Origin: Lachnospiraceae bacterium
Lineage (GTDB): Bacteria; Bacillota; Clostridia; Lachnospirales; Lachnospiraceae
Reading direction: 5' to 3'
Assembly: GCA_045629045.1 (NCBI GenBank)
Contig: JAZQQM010000052.1
Location: 6,585-70,584 of the forward strand
DNA: 64,000 nt
The translations under genes and the position numbers were made by a program. The notes below the pieces were generated by a model that had not been told where the DNA came from, did not search any database, and saw only the letters and a list, made by a program, of their open reading frames with translations. Shown here piece by piece: positions 56,784 through 64,000 of this stretch. Within the stretch, counting starts at the first letter, position 1; the number at the start of each line of letters is the position of its first letter.

Positions 56784-59038
56784 CTGCTAATTACCTCACC
56801 GTTTTCATTATATACTATTTCGGTAAATCCCTCATTGTTAATGTCTGAAGAGCCTTCAAAGGAACCTCCGACAGTTACACCGGTCTCCGGATCCACATAC
56901 GCTCCCGTATCAGGGTCAATCGCGTATCCTGTTTGAGGGTCTATTTCAAATGTTTTCCATACCTCACTGTATTCACTTTCCTCGGACTGTTCCGGGGAAT
57001 CTTCATCCTGGTTTTCACCGTCTTCCGCAGTTGATTCATCATCGATGTTTTCACCTAAATCATCTTCTGTCTCTTCTGTTTTTGAAGGTGTTGTTATTTC
57101 AAGCTGAAGTTCATTAAGCTCGGCTATCTCGCTTTCGCTAAGTTCTTCGGTCATAAAAATACCCATATAAGGAAGCACTTCCGTTAAAATACTTCTTACA
57201 ATTCTGGTCGCATATTTGGCATCATCCTGCAGCCAGGTATTAGGTCGGTCCACAACCACATATATTGCTATCTGAGGATCGTTTGCCGGTGCATATCCCA
57301 TAAATGATACTACATATTCACCGTTCTTACGGGGAAGGGTTTCGGCCGTTCCCGTCTTACCTCCGATAATATATCCTGCAGGACGTGCTGTTTTACCGGT
57401 ACCGTGTTCTCCTACGACTACCTGATTGCACATCTGGATTATTCTGTCGGAAGTTTCCTGCGAAATAGTCTGCTTAAGTAATCTTGGTTCAATATTTTCA
57501 ACAGTGGCTCCGGAAGAATTAACTATCTTCTTGACCATATGAGGCTCATAATAATATCCGCCGTTAATTAAGGATGAAAAGGCCGCTATCATCTGAATCA
57601 TTGTACAGTTATAGCCCTGTCCGAAAGAACATGTTGCAAGCTCCGCAGCACGCATATTGTCTGCCGTATAAACAAGACTTGCGGTCCTTGCTTCGCCTGC
57701 CAGGTCAATATTGGTCTTAAGGCCCATATTAAATACATGCTGGAATTTCGTAAAATCCTTTACGCCCATAGCCTGAGCCACATACATCATACATACGTTG
57801 CATGATCTTTCTATTCCTTCGGTAACAGTAAGGATACCGTCACCGTATGTGTTATGGCACTTAATTGTCTGATCCGCAACATCCAGGGAACCCGTACAGT
57901 TATAACTTTCATTTCCGTTAATGGCGCCGCATTCTATTGCGCCTGCTACAGTAAGAGGTTTTGATACCGAGCCCGGTTCATAAGCATCCGCGATACAGAA
58001 ATTCTTCCATAACGCATTATAATTCTGATAGAGAGCATCGCCTTCAATATTATCGACATTTTCTTCCGTAATGGTAAGCTTATTTCCTGTTTCTTCATCA
58101 ACAACACGCTTACCCTCATCATCAAGAAGCGGCATCCCTATAAGAGCTTCTTTGTTACGGGTATCATTCAAATTATAGTCAGGGTAAGATGCCATCGCCA
58201 GAATCTCACCGGAATTAACATCCATAATAATACAGCCCACATTGTTTGCGCCGTTTCCCTCACGATAATTATTACTGTATTCTTCATTAAATTTCTTAAG
58301 GTACTTCTCAACCATTGCCTGAATATTGGCATCAATTGTAGTAACAATACTGTTGCCGTCTTCTGCCGGTATGGTTGTTCTTTCGAGATTACCTTCATCA
58401 TTCATAAATCCGTACTCACGGCCGGGAGTTCCGCTTAAGATATCATTATAATATTCTTCAAGTCCGTAAGAACCCACATTATCCGATGTGGTAAATCCGA
58501 TTACGTCACATGCAAGTGAATTTCCGGGATAAGTTCTTTGATATTCTTCTTCAAACCATATACCTTTAACCAAAGATCCCTCTTCGTTCTGCTTTGCCAG
58601 GAATCCCTGAATCTGTTCATAAGTAAGTTTCTTAGCCAAAATATAGTATCTCGAAGATTCCTTATTCGCTTCAAAATATGTCTGTGCCTTGGTGGTATCA
58701 ATACCAAGTTCACCCCTTAAAGCGTTCATAGTAGGTTCAAGATAAGCTTCGTCGGCATTTAAAGCTACGCTGTCCAATATTACGTTATATACTTTTTCTG
58801 AAGAAGCTAAGACGTTTCCGTTGGAGTCAAGAATTGATCCGCGCTTAAAAGGAATTGTTGAAGAATCATATTTTTGCTGGGACAAAACCTGTTTCTTATA
58901 AGATGCACCATTATCACGAGTAATAGTAAACAATCGATAAATCAAACCAACAAAAAGAAGTAGTACTATTATAAATAGCACTACCAGTTTTTTTCTCATA
59001 AAATCATCAAATGGTCTTCTTGGTGCCTGATTGCTCAA
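56780..59038 (-). CDS. Class B penicillin-binding protein (FtsI/SpoVD-like) with acidic C-terminal extension
   Basis: N-terminal TM segment, a PBP dimerisation domain and a transpeptidase with the SVSK, SCN and KTGTA motifs. About 130 aa of Glu/Asp-rich tail follow. Confidence 0.9.
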   Translation of the reverse strand: MSNQAPRRPFDDFMRKKLVVLFIIVLLLFVGLIYRLFTITRDNGASYKKQVLSQQKYDSSTIPFKRGSILDSNGNVLASSEKVYNVILDSVALNADEAYLEPTMNALRGELGIDTTKAQTYFEANKESSRYYILAKKLTYEQIQGFLAKQNEEGSLVKGIWFEEEYQRTYPGNSLACDVIGFTTSDNVGSYGLEEYYNDILSGTPGREYGFMNDEGNLERTTIPAEDGNSIVTTIDANIQAMVEKYLKKFNEEYSNNYREGNGANNVGCIIMDVNSGEILAMASYPDYNLNDTRNKEALIGMPLLDDEGKRVVDEETGNKLTITEENVDNIEGDALYQNYNALWKNFCIADAYEPGSVSKPLTVAGAIECGAINGNESYNCTGSLDVADQTIKCHNTYGDGILTVTEGIERSCNVCMMYVAQAMGVKDFTKFQHVFNMGLKTNIDLAGEARTASLVYTADNMRAAELATCSFGQGYNCTMIQMIAAFSSLINGGYYYEPHMVKKIVNSSGATVENIEPRLLKQTISQETSDRIIQMCNQVVVGEHGTGKTARPAGYIIGGKTGTAETLPRKNGEYVVSFMGYAPANDPQIAIYVVVDRPNTWLQDDAKYATRIVRSILTEVLPYMGIFMTEELSESEIAELNELQLEITTPSKTEETEDDLGENIDDESTAEDGENQDEDSPEQSEESEYSEVWKTFEIDPQTGYAIDPDTGAYVDPETGVTVGGSFEGSSDINNEGFTEIVYNENGEVISR

Positions 59039-59046
59039 AATTACTC

Positions 59047-59466
59047 CTAATCAGGAATAGTACCCGTCTGCCTTACATAGTCAGAGCCCTCACCGTTAAA
59101 GGTAATAATCTGGCCTTCTTCGGCGTATCTCATACCTAATTCCTGGATTGCCACTGTGCGGACTTCTTCTAAATTCACATTACTTGTAATTCTACTATAA
59201 TTCTCATCATTATCAAGTTTTAATTCATTAAGTGTACTTTCCATTTTTGAAATGCTCTTAATTGAGCTGGTAATCTCCGCCTGTAATGAAAGATAGTATA
59301 AAAGTGCACACGAAACAGCTGCTGTTGCAAGTAATAAGAACGCTGCCGTTCTAAAACGAATTATTCTGTTGTATCTCTTTCGCTCCCTGGTACTTGCCGC
59401 AACTACCTCAAGCTGAGGTCTCTGGGCTACAGGTATAGCTGATAACTTTCTGGCTGTCTGTGCCAT
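59047..59466 (-). CDS. ftsL: FtsL-like cell division protein
   Basis: Small bitopic protein (TM AAFLLLATAAVSCALLYYL plus a coiled coil) between rsmH and the PBP gene. Confidence 0.55.
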   Translation of the reverse strand: MAQTARKLSAIPVAQRPQLEVVAASTRERKRYNRIIRFRTAAFLLLATAAVSCALLYYLSLQAEITSSIKSISKMESTLNELKLDNDENYSRITSNVNLEEVRTVAIQELGMRYAEEGQIITFNGEGSDYVRQTGTIPD

Positions 59467-59503
59467 TTCTTCTCTCCTATCTTATCTTAAAACCAATCGG
59501 TTT

Positions 59504-60436
59504 TCAAACTTTCTCAAATATTCGCAACTTAGCGCTTTTAGACCTTGAATTTACTGCTAATTCTTCTTCCGAAGGAAGTATGGGTTTTCCTGTTACTACC
59601 TTGCCTTTGCTAACCTTTCCGCAAACACATACCGGAAATGACGGTGGACACGTACAGGGATTTGCATTGGTCCTAAAAGCTGTCTTTACGATTCTGTCCT
59701 CCAGGGAATGGAATGTTATGATGCATAATCGTCCACCCGGATTAAGAAGTTCAATAAGGGTATCTATTGAATCTTTAAGTACTTCCAATTCGCGATTGCA
59801 CTCAATTCTAAGCGCCTGGTATGTTCTTTTGGAAGGGTGTGTATCTACTCTGAACTTGGCCGGTATTGCTGCCTTAATGATTTCGTTTAACTCAAAGGTC
59901 GTTTCTATCGGCTTTTTGGCTCTTTCGATAACTATATGCTTTGCAATGTTCTTGGCGAACTTGTCTTCACCGTAATCTCTTATTACTCTGAATAATTCCA
60001 TCTCGGAATAATTGTTTACTATATCTTTTGCAGTAAGCTCCCGGCGATTGTCCATTCGCATATCGAGTGTGGTGTTAAACCTGTATGTGAAGCCTCGGTC
60101 GGGTTGATCCAACTGATACGAGGAAACTCCCAAATCAAGAAGCATTCCGTCTATTCCCGTTATATTCAGATTATTAAGAACTGTTTTCGTATCGCAGAAA
60201 TTACTTCTTACTATATCTACTCTGTCTGAATAATCCTTTAGTCGCTCACTTCCGGCTTTTATCGCATCTTCATCCTGGTCGATGCAAACAAGATGACCCT
60301 TGGGAGAAAGCATAGACGCTATCACGCTGCTGTGACCTGCACCTCCCATCGTTCCGTCAACGTATATACCGTCGGGTTTGATGTTAAGTCCGTCTATACA
60401 TTCATTTAGCATTACCGAATAATGTTTAAATTCCAT
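59504..60436 (-). CDS. rsmH: 16S rRNA (cytosine1402-N4)-methyltransferase RsmH
   Basis: Start trimmed to [12 protein letters not shown] (ATG 60436, just after the mraZ stop). [10 protein letters not shown] and [11 protein letters not shown] motifs. Confidence 0.93.
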   Translation of the reverse strand: MEFKHYSVMLNECIDGLNIKPDGIYVDGTMGGAGHSSVIASMLSPKGHLVCIDQDEDAIKAGSERLKDYSDRVDIVRSNFCDTKTVLNNLNITGIDGMLLDLGVSSYQLDQPDRGFTYRFNTTLDMRMDNRRELTAKDIVNNYSEMELFRVIRDYGEDKFAKNIAKHIVIERAKKPIETTFELNEIIKAAIPAKFRVDTHPSKRTYQALRIECNRELEVLKDSIDTLIELLNPGGRLCIITFHSLEDRIVKTAFRTNANPCTCPPSFPVCVCGKVSKGKVVTGKPILPSEEELAVNSRSKSAKLRIFEKV

Positions 60437-60437
60437 C

Positions 60438-60869
60438 TTATATTCCAATACCAAGTTCAACCATATGCTTGGCTATATCGTCCATATCTTCATAAGTAAC
60501 AGTTCCGTCATATCTATCCTTGCTCCAGATCTCGACTCTGCTTCCCACTCCGATAAGCACTGCATCTTTAGTAATATCGGCGAACTCTCTAAGCACTCCG
60601 GGAATAAGTATTCTTCCTGTCTTATCAACCTCTACCGTCGCAGCTCCTGCCAGGAAAAATCTTGTGAACTGTCTTGCTTCTTTATCAATCATAGGTAATG
60701 TGTGGAGTTTTTCTTCGAAGGCCTCCCACTCGGTATTCGGAAATACAAAAAGACACCCATCCATTCCCTTTGTTACCACGAACTCTTCACCTAAGCTTTC
60801 ACGGAACTTTGCAGGAACTATGAGCCTTCCCTTGGCATCCAATGTGTGGTTGTATTCCCCCATGAACAT
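60438..60869 (-). CDS. mraZ: Transcriptional regulator MraZ
   Basis: [23 protein letters not shown] and a second KTGRILIP repeat. Confidence 0.93.
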   Translation of the reverse strand: MFMGEYNHTLDAKGRLIVPAKFRESLGEEFVVTKGMDGCLFVFPNTEWEAFEEKLHTLPMIDKEARQFTRFFLAGAATVEVDKTGRILIPGVLREFADITKDAVLIGVGSRVEIWSKDRYDGTVTYEDMDDIAKHMVELGIGI

Positions 60870-60884
60870 TACTTGAATTAATCT

Positions 60885-60944
60885 CCACTAATTACCACTT
60901 ACATGACACTTCGTGCCACTTTCTACCACTTACACATAATATTA
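60885..60944 (-). promoter_or_regulatory. mraZ leader with five phased GTGG-type direct repeats (candidate MraZ boxes) and putative -10
   Basis: The + strand has CACT at 60886, 60896, 60907, 60917 and 60927 (spacings 10, 11, 10, 10). The sense strand reads AGTGG/AGTGT. A TAATAT -10 candidate lies at 60944-60939, with TTGATT 17 nt upstream. Confidence 0.6.
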
Positions 60945-61011
60945 CAGTATAAAATGCGTAAAATCAAGTATAATTTTGATATTTTGGCAATCTAAAGCAT
61001 ATTTTTGAGCA

Positions 61012-61049
61012 TAATAAAAAAGCTCCTTATAAAGGAGCTTTCAGACTGT
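61012..61049 (-). terminator. Hairpin module copy 1 (terminator-like on the minus strand)
   Basis: aaagctcc-ttataaa-ggagcttt (61019-61041). The minus strand continues TTTTTTATTAT. The 24-nt core is identical to 63894-63917, and cagactgt (61042-61049) flanks it. Confidence 0.65.
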
Positions 61050-61194
61050 AGACAAAGTGGTGCCGGGAGCGATGCTCCCAATGTCATTAAGTTAACATTG
61101 GTAAGGCTCTTACTTTCCATTCCAATGATGAATTCGCCTTAACTTACCTCAATGACTATGACAATCAGCACTACTTAAGATCAGCATATGAAGG

Positions 61195-61350
61195 TTATTG
61201 CAAATAAATAGTCCCCAAATGCAAGTCCTCCCTTAAATTACAAGTGGTACTTCTTTCGTTCTCCGGAAAAGCCTCATCGCGTATGTCAAATAGTTCTTCC
61301 AGATGTTCATACTCCGGTGTTACCTTGGTAAAAACAATTTTTGCATCCAC
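61195..61350 (-). pseudogene. Short ORF resembling the N-terminus of a GNAT acetyltransferase (possible truncated remnant)
   Basis: 51-codon GTG ORF, VDAKIVFTKVTPEYEHLEELFDIRDEAFPENERS..., then a stop. The FPxxER pattern is common at GNAT N-termini. Downstream frames look broken. Confidence 0.25.
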
Positions 61351-61394
61351 AACAATATCCCCCGATTTACATTAATCTCTATTTGCCCCAATAC

Positions 61395-62738
61395 TTACAT
61401 CTTAATTTCGTAAGTCAATTCTTCTTTCTCGAATAATTTGATAAGCATCTTCTTTTCTGAAGGACTTACTACAAAACAAGCTCCGGTGGTAAATACTTGA
61501 CCATCATTACGCAAATCTTCTTCATCGCCTTCGTAATATCTTAAAAGCTTATCCTTCCAATTCATTGCATTTACCTTATCGCAAATGGTCTTTTTAACTA
61601 TATCAAAATTCTTATCATCCATCATCCAACGAGCATCACTTCGTGCCTTGCATTCGTAATCATCGGAATCAATAACGTTTCCGTTTTCATCCAATGCAAT
61701 TGAATTGGAAAAGTCGGATCTAAAATCAATTGAAGGGTTTCCTTCATCATCAACAAAGCATGCATTTCCGGTTTCGTCAAGATATGCATTTTCCATGTAA
61801 AGAACCGAATTCTTCCACATAGGCTTTTCCATGTGAGCCATCATTTCTTCCATCGTATCAACTTCCGGAAGTCCGTCCAATGCAGCCTGTACTCTTCCGT
61901 ATCCTGTACCGTTGTTTTCAACAACAGACCACTTGGGAGTTAAATAGTAGTTACCCTGTGCGGAAACATAAGGCAAATAGTATACTTCGTTGGCAATAAC
62001 TTCAATAATACCGAATTCACCCGTAGCGTCGGCAATATAATAACCGTACTGTGTAGGAATTGTATTATTATAATATGGAGTGGAAACAATATTAATATCA
62101 TTTCTCATATAATCCAAAGCTTCTTGTACTGTAGCACAATTACGTGCGACCATAGCAACAAGCATCGGTACATATACGGTTGTCTTTCCGGGATTGTTTC
62201 CTGTATTTACGAATTCGGGATAAGGTTCACGTACATTAGCCTCTATGTAAAGGCCCTCTGAATTCATTGAATCTGTTACACAAAAAGAAATTGAATTTAA
62301 AAATTCCTTATCTTTATATCCACTGTTCTTGAATTCTTCATAGGTATATTTTTCGGAATTCATATACCTTAATGAAAGAGTTTCGTATTTCCCCTGAGTA
62401 GAATGTATAAAGAAAGCCGGGCATTGAGAAACCTGGTTATCAAGGTTTCTTCCAACCAAAACACGACCTTTACTGTCAAGCTTCGCACAAGCGGTACATG
62501 CTCCGTCAATAATTCCGTACTTTTCTTCCAATGCTTTGGACGCAGCATCAAAATCAGCATCCTTATAATCCGCAATTTCAATAACATAATCACCCAAATC
62601 GGTATAAATACCGTCACCGTCCTTAGCCGTATTCGTCAGATGCTTATAATTGGAAGCAGACTGTGTTGAACATGCCGATAAAGAAGTTACTATAACGGCC
62701 ATGCACATAAAAAGTATAGCAATTTTGGATTTTCTCAT
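61395..62738 (-). CDS. Linear amide C-N hydrolase (choloylglycine hydrolase / Ntn family) lipoprotein with pro-region
   Basis: Lipobox LSAC (Cys23). Cys81, Arg97 and Asp100 (CTACAKLDSKGRVLVGRNLD) reproduce the Cys2/Arg18/Asp21 spacing of BSH/PVA-type Ntn hydrolases. Confidence 0.6.
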   Translation of the reverse strand: MRKSKIAILFMCMAVIVTSLSACSTQSASNYKHLTNTAKDGDGIYTDLGDYVIEIADYKDADFDAASKALEEKYGIIDGACTACAKLDSKGRVLVGRNLDNQVSQCPAFFIHSTQGKYETLSLRYMNSEKYTYEEFKNSGYKDKEFLNSISFCVTDSMNSEGLYIEANVREPYPEFVNTGNNPGKTTVYVPMLVAMVARNCATVQEALDYMRNDINIVSTPYYNNTIPTQYGYYIADATGEFGIIEVIANEVYYLPYVSAQGNYYLTPKWSVVENNGTGYGRVQAALDGLPEVDTMEEMMAHMEKPMWKNSVLYMENAYLDETGNACFVDDEGNPSIDFRSDFSNSIALDENGNVIDSDDYECKARSDARWMMDDKNFDIVKKTICDKVNAMNWKDKLLRYYEGDEEDLRNDGQVFTTGACFVVSPSEKKMLIKLFEKEELTYEIKM

Positions 62739-62831
62739 TTTATATTCCCCCTATACAAAAATACATACAGTATTATACTACTTTTTGTAAAAAATGTTCC
62801 TCCTTCATTATATTAGGAGTCAAAGCCCTCT

Positions 62832-63380
62832 TTAATCTATTTTTTCTATCGTAACATTAATGCTCTCATTGTATTTATCCATTTTTATATAATAATTTTC
62901 TTCGTACACTCTGATTGAATAGTAATCTTCGTCTCTAATGTCTTCTATATATTTATCGGCAGGCACAACATCCTTCAAAGCCTTGAAATAATCAATGATT
63001 TCCTCTTCCGTTGACAATTTTTCGCCTCTGTAATACAAAGTGTTGTGAAATTCTTTTTTAAAGCCGGATATAACACCCTGAGGAGAAGTCACTGTTGGCA
63101 AAAATATACCATAGATTATTCCCTTTGGATTGGCATTAAACTCAACCGGGCCGTCATGATGAAGGTAATCCCCATCCACTATTTGTGAATTAAGCTGCTT
63201 TTTAGTTGCCTTTTCTCCTAAAATAACGTTATTAATCCCAACCTTGTTATATTCTGCTTCAGATGCGTCCTTTGATCCGCATCCGCTAAGCATAGCCGGA
63301 ATCATTAAAAACAATATCAAAAAACTAAGTATACTTTTTTCCACATCACATATCCTCCACAGCCCCAAATTAAATTTCAT
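62832..63380 (-). CDS. Hypothetical lipoprotein
   Basis: Signal peptide with lipobox LSGC. No family recognised. Confidence 0.45.
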   Translation of the reverse strand: MKFNLGLWRICDVEKSILSFLILFLMIPAMLSGCGSKDASEAEYNKVGINNVILGEKATKKQLNSQIVDGDYLHHDGPVEFNANPKGIIYGIFLPTVTSPQGVISGFKKEFHNTLYYRGEKLSTEEEIIDYFKALKDVVPADKYIEDIRDEDYYSIRVYEENYYIKMDKYNESINVTIEKID

Positions 63381-63566
63381 ACTCTATCTTTTATCCCGAT
63401 AAAAATATCCTATACCCTATTTTATGGATGGTCAATAAAAGTAAGTTCCCCAAAGATGATATACTCAATGCTGTCTTTTCTAATTGTTTATATTGCAAAA
63501 AATGTTGATTTTTATTGACTGCAAGCAGTCTAAATCTGCTGGACGAGTATAAACAACAGTTTATTG

Positions 63567-63923
63567 TTATTGAATGAGGCAGAAAATGAGTATCCATCCA
63601 TTTTTATCACAGGCTGTTTCTATTCCATAGGCAAATACATTCTTATGCTCGCCTTTATGAAACCAACCACTCTCGGGGTCTGTTGTAGAACATTTGATTT
63701 CTTTGCCATCAAGCGGGACATCGTCTGTATAATCAGTAAACTTATCAGAGCTTCCTCCACCTGAACTATGATTATCATCATTATCCTTAAGAGGCTTTTT
63801 GTCATGTAAAGCTCTGTCTTCGTTTATCTCTTTTTTCAACATATCCACATAAAACAATGCTTCCTGTTGAGCTATTCTTTTCTGCACAGTCTGAAAGCTC
63901 CTTATAAAGGAGCTTTCATTCAT
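63567..63923 (-). pseudogene. Internal fragment of an IS1182-family transposase
   Basis: QKRIAQQEALFYVDMLKKEINEDRALHDKKPLKD...KCSTTDPESGWFHKGEHKNVFAYGIETACDKNGWIL matches the middle (about residues 165-280) of IS1182-type transposases as I recall them. The N-terminal ~160 aa and the DDE C-terminal half are missing. Confidence 0.65.
63886..63917. repeat. Hairpin module copy 2
   Basis: acagtctg + gaaagctcc-ttataaa-ggagctttc. The 24-nt core is identical to 61019-61042. The 8-nt flank is the reverse complement of 61042-61049 and lies on the opposite side. Confidence 0.7.
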
Positions 63924-63929
63924 ATAAAT

Positions 63930-64000
63930 TTATTCTTTACTATCTGTTTCTTCCGGAGTTGCATTACCGTCTATATAATCAATCCTGTCCGAAACTTTTC
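63930..64000 (-). CDS. 3' end of an unidentified CDS (continues past window end)
   Basis: Open frame ...KVSDRIDYIDGNATPEETDSKE, ending in stop TAA at 63932-63930. Too short to assign a function. Confidence 0.3.
   Translation of the reverse strand, partial: KVSDRIDYIDGNATPEETDSKE

Overview
This window is mostly core chromosome from a low-GC Firmicute, Clostridia/Lachnospiraceae-like by gene content and protein style. Almost all genes are on the minus strand. Recognisable housekeeping blocks are gdhA, tRNA-Arg, efp, aroQ plus a fused aroE/aroK, an Opp/Dpp-type ABC operon, nrdR, hisS, xerD-like, rny, recX-recA with SOS boxes, rimO-pgsA, rpoZ-gmk-yicC, rqcH, maf, azlCD, a maltodextrin-type ABC operon with a GH13 enzyme, and a dcw cluster (mraZ-rsmH-ftsL-PBP-murD-ftsW-ftsQ ... 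ftsZ). There are two accessory regions. Positions 1 to about 5480 are the right-hand end of an integrated mobile element carrying PcfJ/PcfK-like genes, a degenerate RNase H-like gene, an HUH Rep, a SleB-type hydrolase, an XRE switch and a tyrosine integrase. Positions about 61019-63917 are a small island with an Ntn-hydrolase lipoprotein, a second lipoprotein and an IS1182-type transposase fragment, bracketed by two copies of a hairpin module. I found no recognisable defence system, CRISPR array or other multi-gene novel system. The most unusual signals are non-coding. One is a conserved ~65-nt structured core nested inside two different 24-bp palindromes, with compensatory base changes. Another is an identical 19-nt operator-like motif upstream of gdhA and an aminotransferase gene. 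The third is a 62-nt tandem repeat in a 686-nt intergenic region. All family assignments come from motif recognition by eye, with no database search. Several ORF-track starts were trimmed to the start codon that has a ribosome-binding site.
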